DNA of 61,449 nucleotides, the filler included, from Diploschistes diacapsis (taxonomy: Eukaryota): assembly GCA_023645945.1 (NCBI GenBank). It is 7 parts of 7 records of this genome, joined end to end, with 100 filler letters (N's around TTAATTAATTAA, not from the genome) between each part and the next. Parts side by side here need not be neighbours in the genome. Positions count along the whole stretch, not along the records: positions 22,297 to 27,765 come from JALAIB010001548.1; positions 27,866 to 33,302 come from JALAIB010001549.1; positions 33,403 to 61,449 come from JALAIB010000155.1; 4 more parts are not named here. One strand, written 5' to 3'. The notes beneath the pieces were generated by a model. That model searched no databases. It had not been told where the DNA came from and was given only the letters and a program-made list of their open reading frames with translations. Of the stretch, positions 25,065 through 37,469 are shown one piece after another (positions within the stretch are counted from its first letter, which is position 1; each line of letters begins with the position of its first letter). A program made the translations under genes and the position numbers.

Positions 25065-27157
25065 CACTTGTTGAAATTCTCCTGCATTCGAACCCGCTCA
25101 GCCCCAGCTCAGCCAATCCCTTGAGAGCAATTTCTTAGCCACCACCACAACAACAACGCTATCCCATCGTTTTGCCCCCCCGCACAATCATTTTCCCGCT
25201 TCTCTTTCCTTTTCCCTCTCTTTTTCTTTTTCTTCATCAGATCCCACCTTTCTATTAGCGTTACCCACGATCTTCTTCGGCAGTCAATCCTTTTTGGTGT
25301 CTGGGCTCTGTCGTGCAGGATTGCTTCCGCCGTTTCTTGTTCCTGAGGCTGTTTCGGCGCGACCAGACACATGCGAAAATGTGTCAGTACCGGGGGCTGC
25401 AACCACCATTGCCTCCGTTTCACCGAGTCAAAGAAACGCGCGACACACCACCTTATCTTAGGTTTTTCGAACTCGCCGGGAGCTCACGATGGTCATGATC
25501 CCGTATCCTCTATGCTCTACTCTGAACCTCGCCTATGCATCTTCTTCCACAAACTCTGGATGCGCTGCAATGATGACAGGAACGGTGTTCAATGCTCGCA
25601 GATCTCACGCTTCACGCTTCTGCAAAACTCAAAAATGTGCGCTGCTCTGACCTGAGTCGATCGAAACGTGGGGCCCTTTAGCTTGGTACTCGAATCCCAC
25701 GATTCAATTCATTGCGCTATTGATTGTCTTTTGCCGACGTCGAGCCTATCGGAAGAATACCTTGATTTCCGAATCACGAAATCACACTGGACGGGTGGAG
25801 TCTTCGTTTTCGAACAATCTTAAATGATAATGGCGATCCTGATGACATCGCATAATTCCTATGGGGTCAGATCTGCGCTGCGGAAGCGATGATCGCATCG
25901 ATCGCATCGATCAGCTCCCGCTAGCAACCATGTCGCCCTATCACGGCTGACCTTACAGCGATTGCCACAGTTTTTTTGAGCGATCATGTCTTCACTTTGG
26001 CCGTTCCATAATTGCCGAACTGAGAGGCAAGAAAGATGGCGGGCGGCCCGACAACGACCGGTGGTGGTCAGGCTCATCTCCTGCTTGTAAAATGCTGGAG
26101 GGGTGATCAGAGCTGAAAGCCTCTCGGTTCATTTACGCATGCCCGTTGTTGACGACGAAGGCTGTTCCATGGCTGTGATCCATCTCAATTTCCGCACTGC
26201 TCCTTCGTTCTCCGGCGCACTTACAGCTTGAGCGTAATGTTTATGGACAGCGCCATATCTGCATCCGAACCAGACTTCCGCGACCACGATCAACTTGCTT
26301 GACGCGAGGTGCCGGTCTCACCCAGTCATTGCGAACCTAATGGATACTTCTCGGGATGGGTAGATGAAACCGCCGGCCATGTCTCCCGGAGTACTCTGGG
26401 CTCCGGGTCATCATGCCCCTGCGCCGGCTAGTAATGCCAGCCAGCAGCGCCCAGCCATGCCAGCCAAGCCCACAACTCCAAGTTCCACACCTATGCTCAT
26501 TCTGAACGGGCCGCTAACCTGTGCTCCACCAGATTCCTCCACCAAACACTAAGTACCTACCTCTTTAACCCTTCCCTCCTCCCTGCCCTCCTCCAGAATA
26601 TCAGAGCAGCTCTCTTCCCCAACGACGCCCTAGCCCCCGCCCGCCCTGTGCCCTCCGCCTACGAGCAGCGCCTCATCAAGCGCCGCGCCGCCCTCGCCGT
26701 ACTTGACCTCATCCCCAAGCCCGTGGCGGCGCGTTTCTTCGCTACTGGGCCCGTGGGCGGGGTAGCAGGCAAGGCAGCAGCAGGTATCCGCACTACGGAT
26801 AATCCTCGAGCATCTTCCATCCAGCCCGCAACCACAAACAGCAGCCTCGACGTTCCCCCTAATGGTGCTGGAAACACAGCCGCTGCTTCGAGCCCCAAGC
26901 CGCCTTCTCCTCTGCCCGGCGCGAAGGACGACATCCGCATCCCCCATCCGGATCGCGCGAGGGAGTTGCAGCTCAGGGACATCGAGCGCACGCTGGATTT
27001 GTTCGGGGACAAATACATGAACAAACACCTCCTGTACCGCATCGTCGAGCTGGTGGTCGTCAGGCTCGTGCCGGAGATGAGCGAGCGGGGCGTGCAGGAG
27101 CTGATGGAGGAGCGCATTGGGAAAGTTGCAGGGATTGGTGCTGAAGTTGGCGGCTGA
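22515..27157 (+). CDS. PXA-domain protein with nexin-C-like C-terminal region; contains a 2624-bp intron
   Basis: LLPPLTSSNEVDLQLYAIIAIVMRDFVYSWY and LLPTEDLRNPCLRTLV (PXA domain). Small intron 23023-23070. Donor GTGAGT at 23909 joins in frame to acceptor CAG at 26532 (branch GCTAAC about 26513), giving GILDK|FLHQ..LFP..FGDKYMNKHLLYRIVELVVVRLVPE. Start codon uncertain. Confidence 0.82.
24929..24950. repeat. (CT)n microsatellite
   Basis: Direct reading. Confidence 0.9.
25036..25064. repeat. (GGTACAC)4 tandem repeat
   Basis: Direct reading. Confidence 0.9.
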
Positions 27158-27765
27158 AGGGGGTGTGGAGTGGAAAGGAGAGTGGTGAAGGTTGAGTGGG
27201 GAGAGCGAAGGGAAAGACTAGAAAGTAGATGGGAAGTAGGTAGGTAGGTAGGTGGGTGGATGATGCTGCCCAAGTCTGCGGTGCGAGTCTAATGGATTTT
27301 GGTCTTGCCTTTGCTAGGAAAAGGCGTGATTTGTGAATGTGAGGTTCAGAGCGTCGAGTTTTCCTTGGCGAGCGCAGATGGGAGGAGGGATGGGATATTG
27401 ATTTTGCTCGTGTGGAAAAATGCAGGTGAAAAATAAAGAGTATCTGGTTTGCCACAACCCCCTTTTTTTTTCTACACGGAGGAAAACAGTCGTGCCCTTT
27501 TTGAAGCCCAACTTTTGCCCAGAGCACCCACCATCCCCCCAGGTTCGATGTACAACGGGATGTTTTTCGATTCCTGGAAGCCTGCTATGGCTGTCTGTCC
27601 GTCCATACGTGGGACAAGGACAACAACAACAATAACAACGATGACGAGACAAAAAGAAAATCATCCAAGCTCGCTCCGAGCCAGCTGCTCGCCGCATATA
27701 CATACATACATATATATATGCATAAGTCTACATCTAAATGTATACCTACATACAGCGTGTAGAAA

Positions 27766-27865
27766 NNNNNNNNNNNNNNNNNNNNNNNNNNNNNNNNNNN
27801 NNNNNNNNNTTAATTAATTAANNNNNNNNNNNNNNNNNNNNNNNNNNNNNNNNNNNNNNNNNNNN
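27766..27865. other. Artificial contig spacer
   Basis: N-TTAATTAATTAA-N. Confidence 0.98.
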
Positions 27866-28577
27866 GGGGAGGGGTGTTGGCCGGCAGGCAGGCAGGCGAC
27901 AACAAGGTCGTAATTTGCATACTAAATTATCTCCTCTAGCATCTTTGTGCCCCCATGTAAGAGCATGAGAAGTTGCTTTGGATCGATCATGCAATAGTTT
28001 TAAAGATAACTGAAAGCCCTCCCCGAGCTTTCGGATTTGGTTCGAAGCTGATCTGAACCATCATCCTACGAGCCCCCTTGGATGGGCATGATCTGACCGG
28101 GACGTGCTTGGTATATGAATTAAGATCCAACAATGCCTGAGAGGGGCTAACGGGCGTGCAGTGAGATGGAGGGGCGGGGAGACGTGCTGGCAATCCGTGG
28201 TAAATTATAAGTCGCACTGGAGAGGAACGCTTACTAAATACCTACTAGCATAAGCACCAAGGCACACCTTCTAGGGATGATACAGAGCGTGATGTTTTCG
28301 GGACTACCTGGCGTGTATAGGGGAAAAGGGGTGGATGGATTATAAAGGAGTTAACAATTCTCTGAAAGCTGCTGGTGTGCTCCATACTGTCTGTGCTTTA
28401 CATACACCAATCCAATGCTGACCGCCAACGCCAGAACCCTCCCAATAACCATGCCAAGGACTTCAAGGACCATCGCTATGCCATGCTGAACTATACTCTG
28501 TAGAATGCAAGATGGATGTGTGGTTATCACCGACGAAATGTCACAGCTCCGGTTCAATCCACAATAACCAGGGTGGA

Positions 28578-30086
28578 TCAAACGCCATCTCCAGCTTGCA
28601 GTGCCTTGAGTATCTCCGACACACCCGAGGGAGGATACCCGAAGAATACGGGGCCATGGAATACCATGTTTGATGCAGCAGGAGCTTTTTCCGGGTCAAG
28701 CGCGCTTAACTGGCGTGGCTTGCTTACTGGGGGCAAACCTGCGGCATCTATAGAACCTGCTTTCGTCGGCGAGCCTTGCGCACCATGGCCAAAAGGGCAT
28801 TTCCTGGAGGCATTCTTCGCTGGATCTTGCTGAGCCGAGGATTGTGGAGAGGCTACGATGCTCTGTGCGGCATCAATTACCATGTCGTGGAGATCAGCAC
28901 TGGCTGCTGTCTGCTTGTCCAGCGGCACCTGGATACCCCACGGCCGAGATGGGGACTCCCCTAGACGAACTTCATCCAATGGTCTTTCGAAATGGCCGGT
29001 ACGGAGTTCGCTCGCTTCGTCTGCCGGAACAGAGTCGTCGCAGGTTTCTGCCCAGTGCTCAATCTTTTCCAAGGACTTTTCGAGTGGGATCAGGGACGAC
29101 TTGCCCTCATCATCACCAGAGGGTAGCATCGGCTGGTGCTTGGCCCCTAGGCCTTGGATCATGTTGACTAGATTGCCGTACTTTGCGTCGAGTTGACGAA
29201 TGCTTTCGGCATTGGACTGATGTCGCTTTACACAAACTTCGTGGCTCCTCGGTATCTCATGTTTGTGGTTTTCAAAATACTTCGCTATCTCCTCTGGAGA
29301 ATGATCGTCAAGGAAGCGAATCGGACACTTTGCTGCGGACCCGTGGCCTGATGTTGGCGGAGAGGCAAAGGCGTCGGCATGGAATTCCACGGCGATGGGA
29401 TCTTGCGCAAGTTGGTCTCTGAAATGGGGAGGCGTTGGAAGCGATCTTGGACGCTTATGTAGACCGTCGGCTCTCATTGCTCTTCGAAAGGCAGCTTTCT
29501 CAGCGAAGGGGCATTTCAGGTCCCCTTTGGCGCCGTTTGTAGTAAAGTCCTCCTCGAGAGCTTGGTGCATAGATTCATCCTTTGGGTGTTGCTCTTCTGA
29601 GTTTTGTCTTTGCCCGCGTATATGCTTTAAACGGTGCCACGCTTCTATTCCTCGTGCTATCGAATCTTCCTTGCGCCAGCTAATGTAAGGTTCTTCACGA
29701 TCACTATCTGGGTTTGCACCTATGTCTGGAGAGGGTTCGCACTGTCTCGCATCATGAGTGGCTCTCTGCTGGTGTTTTTCGGTTAGCCAATATGCTTTAT
29801 GACATAAAGAATAACCAGACAAAAACAAAGTGATTGAATCAGATTTCAACAATTTAATCTCCGTCAATGCTGTGTCACAGCTACAGATCTAGAGCCAATA
29901 TAACTTCTCCTCATGTAAAATGATAAAGAAACTATGAAAATACTCACTTCATTGCGATAATCTCGAAGTTCCTTCCCCAAAGTGATGTTTGTTGCTACTA
30001 GAGTGTCCATCTTGACCATGAGAGCTGCGAAACCCTCCATAAGCTTCAAGACGTTTGAATCACAACCGTCCTTGAGGTGCGCCATA
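28578..30086 (-). CDS. Conserved-looking fungal protein of unknown function with three KCP motifs; snoRNA host gene
   Basis: Exon 1 MAHLKDG..RDYRNE|GTGAGT; intron about 29770-29948 (GCTAAC..CAG); exon 2 with KCPIRFLDDHSPEEIAKYFENHKHEIPRSHEVCVKR and GESPSRPWGI. Confidence 0.7.
29834..29919 (-). ncRNA. Intronic box C/D snoRNA, predicted guide for 18S rRNA 2'-O-methylation
   Basis: Box C ATGAGGA (29908-29914) and box D CTGA (29839-29842). The 13-nt element UAUUGGCUCUAGA (29888-29900) is complementary, with one G-U pair, to conserved 18S UCUAGAGCUAAUA and precedes a D'-like CUGU. Confidence 0.75.
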
Positions 30087-31060
30087 TTTTTCACACGGGT
30101 TGGTCCTTGAACAGCGATTATCTCCACCCACTCAAGCTTGAAGCTAGAGTTGGAGACCTCGCAACCTACAGAATAGGTGTTCTAGTACAAAGAGGTATTG
30201 AAGTAGATTAGAGTTGTAGGTAGTATAGTCGGAATAACTTCCCGCCAAGCCCGATATCGCCACCGAGACAACAGAAACAACTTTCTGAATTTGGATATTT
30301 CGGGCTATCGATGATTCGGATAGATGTTCATAGTGCCCATGGATATAACAACAAACTTTTTGCTAGGATCTTCAATAGGCTAGGTTTCCATCTAAGGGCA
30401 AGGTGCTCCCAAGATGCTACCGGGCCTCAAAGGACAAGTCTAGGTGATCAGTCACTCAGCAGGGCCAGATACTGGATAATCTTTGCAGCCTATGATCTAA
30501 GTTAGGCGCCTCAGAGCTTACCTAGTACTTGATCGCGCCTTTCCAACCTGGCTAAGCTTCACGCTGTTACGATCTCTTAGGTAGGCCCGGCAAATTCCTA
30601 TTTGGGACGAGTCCCCCCTATTCTTAATATATGCAGAGCGTCCAGAGCATTGGCGCATTGAAGAGCTCAACGGTAGAGATGGAAGCCTTGCTGACAGACA
30701 CTGCAGCTCGATCACTACAGTGATGGGAATTCTAATATGCAAATTATTGCGTAAGGCACTTGCACTGCAGCAGCCTCACTGTGTCATAGAAACAATTCAC
30801 TTTGCGACAATATAGAGGTTGAAAAATACAGGAAATGACGTGATGTCTTTAAAAGGTTCCTAGATGTGCCTCGATTTCGTGTATAAGAAGCCATGGTGGT
30901 GAATCCAAATAACAATTCTCAATCAACCATTGTAGAAAATTGTTTCGGTGATAAGGAGCGAGTTGCTACAAGGGTCAACGTGAGATTCCAAGACGCTATC
31001 GAAACCCAGTTTACCATCTCAATCGCGCTATATCACAGTAGTGGGTTACCGTCTCTAGAG

Positions 31061-32946
31061 ATGGCTTCGAAAGGGAAATATGATCATCTTCCCTTGTCAA
31101 TCAACAAACCACTAGACTGCCCGCTGACAGTATGGCTTCATTCATCGATCAAAAAATCGCGCTTAACTGATCGAAGGCCAGGGCAACGATTTGCTAAGGG
31201 ACCCGCAATTGAACAAAGGGTCAACTTTCACCGAAGATGAGAGGCGGGAATTCGATCTGGAAGGTCGGCTTCCTACCCGGGTCTCGACACTCGAAGAGCA
31301 ACTCGAGCGTGCTTACCAGCAGTATGGCAGCCGTCAGGGTGCACTGGCGAAGAACACCTTCATGACATCTATGAAGGAGCAGAACTGGGTTCTGTATTAC
31401 AAGGTACAAGACTATATGTCAAGTAGCCAATTGACTGACCACCAGTCCAGATGATTCAAGAGCACCTCAAGGAAATGTTCAGCATCATCTACACCCCTAC
31501 AGAGGGAGAAGCTATCCAAAATTTCTCGAGGCTGTTCCGCAAGCCTGACGGATGCTTCCTGGACATCGAGCGGATTGATGAGGTCGAGAAGGTGCTGGCT
31601 CGGTATGGCAAGCCCGAGGACATTGACTACATAGTTGTCAGTGACGGCGAGGAAATCCTGGGCATTGGTGACCAAGGCGTCGGCGCCGTCCTAATCTCCA
31701 TCGCAAAGCTCGTTCTTACTACCGTCTGCGCTGGAGTCCATCCCTCAAGACAGCTACCCGTTGTTCTGGATTGTGGAACAGACAACCACGAGCTCCTGAA
31801 CGACGAGCTCTATCTCGGTCTCAAACGTCCCAGAGTCCGAGGGGAGAAGTATGATAAGTTCGTGGACACCTTCGTCGAATCCTGCCGCCAGCTCTATCCT
31901 AAGGCTTACATCCACTTCGAAGACTTTGGCCTTGCGAACGCAAGGAGAATCTTGGACAAGTACCGGCCAGATATAGCATGTTTCAACGACGACGTCCAAG
32001 GAACGGGGTGCGTTACGCTTGCGGCCATTATGGCGGGTCTGCACGTAAGCAAAGTAAAGCTGGAAGACATGCGCGTCGTCATCTTCGGATCCGGCACTGC
32101 CGGCACAGGTATTGCAGATCAGGTTCGTGACGCCATTGTCGCCGACTCTCACAAGTCGAAAGAAGAAGCCGCAAAGCAAATATGGTAAGCCTAGGCCTCG
32201 CCTCACAAAGTCCGCCGCACTAATGTGTAACAAGGTGCGTCGACAAACCTGGCCTCCTCCTCCAATCCCACGGCGACTCCCTAACCCAAGCGCAAGCCAA
32301 CTACGCGCGCTCCGACTCCGAATGGCAGGGCAAGAACCACAACGACCTCCTCTCCGTAGTAAAACAAGTCCACCCGCACGTCCTAATCGGCACCTCCACC
32401 AAACCCAAAGCCTTCACCAAAGAAATTATCCAAGAAATGGCCGCGCACGTCTCCCACCCCATCATCTTCCCCCTCAGCAACCCGACGCGCCTGCATGAAG
32501 CCGAACCGCAGGACCTAAACGACTGGACCCACGGCAAAGCCCTGATCGCCACGGGCTCGCCCTTCCCGCCCGTCTCCTACGAGGGGAAGCAGTACGAGGT
32601 GGCCGAGTGTAACAACTCGACCGTCTTCCCGGGCATCGGGCTCGGCTGCGTGCTGTCGCGGGCGCGATTGCTGAGCGACAAAATGCTCGTGGCGGCGTGC
32701 AAGACGCTAGCAGCGCAGGCGCCGGCGCTGAAGGATCCGGATAGGGGCCTGCTGCCGGACGTGGTGGATGTGAGGGAGATTTCGGTGAGGATTGCGGGGG
32801 CGGTGGTGAGGCAGGCGGTTGAGGAAGGGTTGAGCCAGGCGCAGGGGATTCCAGGGAGGGGCGAGGACGGGGAGGAGGAGGAGCTGGAGGAGTGGGTTAG
32901 GGCGCAGATGTGGGAGGCTAGGTATCGGCCGTTGAGGAAGGTGTGA
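31061..32946 (+). CDS. MAE1: NAD(P)-dependent malic enzyme
   Basis: NKGSTFT, IIYTPTEG, DGEEILGIGDQG, IHFEDFG, FNDDVQGTG, GSGTAGTG, PLSNPT and ECNNSTVFPGIGLG motifs; three introns. Confidence 0.95.
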
Positions 32947-33302
32947 GTGGTTAGGGAATGGGAGCATGGTTCGTAACTTATGGATGCTTGACGGGCTGTG
33001 AACTAGGGGGGTGGTGGGTGAATAATTGTTAGGAAAACAGTACCTGACAGACGCTTGTAGTTGGAAACATTGCAAGACTAAACTTCCTCACCTGGTGAAA
33101 AGGGGAAACGCATAACAGGAAGGGTGCTCTCAAACCCACCGGCTGAAACATGGTATATATAACGAAAGACGACAAAGACAACGCTTGCTGAAACGCTCCA
33201 AACGGTACCTACATAACCCATACCCACGAAAATATCTCTTAGTCATCCACTTCCCCCATCACAACACCACCAAGCACCCAGCACCCAGCACCCAGCCAAC
33301 CC

Positions 33303-33402
33303 NNNNNNNNNNNNNNNNNNNNNNNNNNNNNNNNNNNNNNNNNNNNTTAATTAATTAANNNNNNNNNNNNNNNNNNNNNNNNNNNNNNNNNNNNNNNNNN
33401 NN
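33303..33402. other. Artificial contig spacer
   Basis: N-TTAATTAATTAA-N. Confidence 0.98.
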
Positions 33403-33559
33403 GGGGGGGAGTGAGGTACATATATAAAGCGAAAGACTGCAGCGCCCGGGTTGAAGAAGCAAGCTCTCTGAAAGATTTTACCTCGAGACCAATAACCCTA
33501 GACGCCTCTGCGTGTATTCTTCCTGCCACCGTCGTCCCACTCCTCGTTCCACTCCCAAC

Positions 33560-34381
33560 ATGACGCTCCAGCCGCTGAAGCTGTACGGCCACAGCATGGG
33601 CCCAAACCCCTTCAAGGTTGAAATCATCCTCGCAGAACTCGATCTGCCGTACAAAAGACACGAGGTCGAATTCGCAGACATGAAAAAGCCGGAATTTGAG
33701 GCGGTCAACCCCAACGGACGGTATCGCTGTTCACTCCCTCCGGCTTCTCCTTCCGTCCGAGGCTGACGAACTGCCTAGTGTCCCGGCCCTCGAGGATCCC
33801 AACACAGGCATCACCACCTGGGAGTCCGGCGCTATCGTTCAGTATCTCATCGAAACCTACGACAAAGAGCACAAGCTCAGCCACGCTTCGGGGCAGGAGA
33901 AATGGCAAGAGACCACATGGCTTCACTTCCAGGTAACCCCGGCTCTCTTTCTCACCACCGCCATGTCCCCCCTACCGGCCTGCTCACTCTTTCCTAGATG
34001 TCCGGCCAGGGCCCTTACTTCGGCCAATACGTCTGGCTCGGCTTCGTGCACCCCGAGCGGATCCCCAGCGTGGTGGAGCGCTACCGCAACGAAATCAAGC
34101 GCGTCACCATGGTGCTGGACCGCGAGCTCAAGAACAAGGAGTACCTGGTGGGCGGCAGATGCACATATGCCGACCTGGCCTTCAGTCCGTGGCACTGGGT
34201 AGTGGAGGCCATGGGCAATGGGCTCTGGGAGGAACTCGAGAAAGAGTATCCACATTTCATGGCGTGGCACAATAGGCTCGAGGCGAGACCGACCGTGAAG
34301 AAGTTCCACGCGGAGAGGGCGAAGAATTTTGAAAGCTCGCCGTTGAATCCGAAGAACCGCAAGCAGGGGGCAGCAGAGTGA
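33560..34381 (+). CDS. Glutathione S-transferase (Ure2p/nu-class-like)
   Basis: GPNPFKV, NPNGR|VPALED, WESGAIVQYL, WLHFQ|MSGQGPYFGQ and TYADLAF motifs. Introns 33721-33778 and 33933-33997. Confidence 0.93.
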
Positions 34382-34520
34382 TCGGCGTCTGGAGATTCTG
34401 CGTTTGATGGCCGCGAAATTGTATTCAGATCCCGTAGTTGTCATCAACTTGATTCTCTCCACTTGACACTTTTCCTGCCAAGCTTTTAGCATTTGTTACG
34501 TGGCCGCCTATTTCTTACCC

Positions 34521-35478
34521 TTACTTTAGAATGCTATGACCGTTGCTTCCGTTTTTAGATTCGAAGGTGCACGACGAGCCCTTCGGGTGGTCGTGGTACT
34601 CGCACCCGACCAGCTCCGTGGGATCAGGGAGCAGCTTCCCACCCATACCCTCCCTTATGGAGTTGATGACATCGACGGCAAATTCCGGGTTGGCGAAGCA
34701 CTTCTGGTAGGTAGCGGCGTTGCGATTGTTGTCCGGATCCATGATTTGCCTGGCGGCAATCCTCGACACGAGCTTCCTGAAGGGGCTCCCCTTGGGCGTT
34801 GTCTCGTAAACAGGAGACATTTCTTCGGGCCCCGGAACAAGCCCTGCTTCGAAGCATCCGCGCCGGAACTGATCGATCGCTGCGTTCTTGAGTTGGGGGA
34901 GCTCGAGCTTTTCGCACAGGGAGTAGAGCTGCTGGCAGGCGAAAGCGTGGTCCCATTTCTTCTCCTTCTCCATGGACGTGACGTCGTCGATGCATCCTTG
35001 GTAGAGCCACTTGACGAACAGCTCGAAAGCGCTTGGGGACTCCTCCCGCAGATCCAACGTCAGCAGCGAGCTCGAGCCGTGGGTCGACGAATGCGCCTGT
35101 TCCCCGAATCGACGCGCGAAGTAGTCGGAGTGATAGTTCAGCAGGTTCCGATGCAGCGACCACTGCCTCTGCTCCTTGCCGTCGCCGACAGAAATCTCCA
35201 CCAACGGGCCCGATAGCAACCTGTCGCGAACCGAAGCATCGTTTAGCGAGCGCTCTCTTGGCTGCATTTGCATCGCATCCAGCACAGAAGCGACAGAAGG
35301 GCTCTCACTTGGCGAAATCAAAGGCCGTCAAACTCGCGACCGGCATCCCCGGCTTCGGACTCTCAATCTCCATTCGTGGCTGCGGCGGCGAAGCCCCGCC
35401 TCGTGGTGGTGCACCGCTGAACGGAGGCTCAAAGTCCTCATCTGTCGGCAGCGAGTCACTGAGCCCGATGTCTCCCAT
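34521..35478 (-). CDS. BTB/POZ-domain protein
   Basis: VEISVG..WSLHRNLLNYHSDYF..EESPSAFELFVKWLY..LYSLCEK..LKNAAID. Intron at about 35221-35308. Confidence 0.85.
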
Positions 35479-36767
35479 TCGAGTCTGGAACTGCCTCCAC
35501 TTTGTGCAGTATCGACGGATCGCTGTATCGTGCGTAGTAGCGAATGAACTGACGTAACGTGCTGCGACTGTCCCCTTCGAGAGCGCTCTGTTTACGGGAG
35601 GAGTTGTTCTGTCTGCCAAGGCATCTTTCGGCATGCCGGTCGGCCCCCCCACAAGCTTTCAATTCGGGTTTACATCTAAGAAATCAATTCTGAAAATTTT
35701 CTAAACGTTATCTCACCATTATGTTGATCCAGAACCGTTTTGTGCATACCTTACTTATATTTCTGTAGGCTTCGTTGTCTACTGTCTTAATCTTCCTGCG
35801 TATGCCCATCGCCCACAACGCTCCCAAAGGTATTAGTCCTAATGTAATTTGCCATGAGCGCAGCCTCCCAATCCGAAACAACCCAGCATTAATTATAGTT
35901 GTCCTCTCTTCTTCCAATCACTGTTACGATATCCGACGAGATCGCAACACCTCGAGCAGCAGCGACCTGTTCTGCGGCGGCGGCATTGATGAGCGCTTTT
36001 CGGGGGTCCTCCACGGCTTCGTCGGATCCTGCTTCTTTCAGCATGCAGAATTCCCCCATCAGCATGAGCGTCAGGTCTTGTAAGGCCGGGAGAGTCCAAG
36101 GCTTGCGTCGGGGTCGCTGCTTTTTGATGTGATGAGGGCCCACGGCACCAAAGGCATCTGCCAGTGTGGTAGGCCAGAGCTGAGATGAGGAGCTTGAGAG
36201 CGTTGCTCTCCACGGACACAGACCAGCTCACCGTAAACTCCGACAAGGTCTTCTGGTATATCATCGAAGCAGTCCCATTGGCGCATACAAACATTTGGTG
36301 GCAGCCCATGCCTTTGGTGCAGAGTTTGACAGATCCAAGTCTAATCCATCTAGCTGCGATGTGGAAGGAAGGTCGTTGGCCAAGTCGAGAAGCCATATCC
36401 CGGTCCCGGTGCTGACATCGGCAATACGGCAATACGTGAGCTTGATGGTAGACTTGGACGTATGGCAGGATGGATGAGATAGTTGGTGGAGGCACGGAAG
36501 ACGAAATGCTGTAAGTTGAGTCCCAAAAAAAAATTGCAGAAGTGAGCATTAGTCGTCAGTGTTGCCTTCCAGGTGAAAGAGCGTATGTGTTATTATTGTC
36601 AGGATCTCATTTTTTCATACCGAGCCGCACAAAGATAGCCAGTAGATAATGGGTATCTTTGGTTTGTAGCCATGCTGTCCAGCTTCAGGCCAAGCTCCCT
36701 GTGTAGAATTAAATCCTTCCGAAGATATTAGGCCTGAAAGACGCTTGTAAAGCTTTCTACGTTACAT

Positions 36768-36888
36768 TAGAGGTATTTTGCAAGTTCGGTTTCGGTCCCT
36801 CGGAGGCGATCACAAGCATCAATGCAACGCATACTGGATATCTGATTGGCTTGGTGTGATGGAAGCCAAACTTGCAAAAATACCTCTA
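36768..36888. mobile_element. Putative MITE / long hairpin with about 25-bp terminal inverted repeats and TA ends
   Basis: TAGAGGTATTTTGCAAGTTCGGTTTC ... GAAGCCAAACTTGCAAAAATACCTCTA, with additional inner pairing (ATCAC..GTGAT). Confidence 0.5.
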
Positions 36889-37469
36889 TTCTTCTTAGTA
36901 GGCGCTATTGTTACTGAGCGGGCGAGGATCATAGAAACAAGGGAAAGCTAGCCTGCATCATGATCCTATGCGCTCTTTCCATAACATAATTCTTTTCTCT
37001 CTGCTCCTCTTAGACTCGGTATCTCATTCTGCACCGCTGTTTGTGTGAGGTGACCCAAACCCGTCCGTACCTCTTCATCTTAGGTCTTCTCTAGAGCTTC
37101 ATTACTGTTTGCATACTCTGTCTCATTACCATATTCGCCCATGACGATCAACGAAGAAGACGCAGGTTGATAAGAGATTAGCAAATCAATAAAGTGCCAT
37201 GAAGTATACAATACATACCCCTATTCGAGAGCCCAACCGCTTTCAATGAAAGATAACGAACAATTAGATGCAAGCGTTAGAATGAATCATGTATGCCTTG
37301 ATGTCACGTAGCTTTTGGGTCTGCATGTACTGCCGTTGGCGCCCATTTGGCTGCCTTCGGACTTATCGCAGCACTCTCAATGCCTTTTCCCCTTTCCCCT
37401 TTCCCCTCGGACCTCTTCCAACTTCTTTCTTCTCGCCGGAATTCCGGACAGTGTGTCTGGCTCCGCGTC

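Noticed and set aside
5529..33358. Regularly spaced identical TTAATTAATTAA as a CRISPR-like or biological repeat
   Set aside because: Always embedded in N runs; it is a synthetic all-frame stop linker.
35775..36549. 218-aa and 84-aa minus-strand ORFs
   Set aside because: No family motif recognised; possibly a pseudogene fragment but unsupported.
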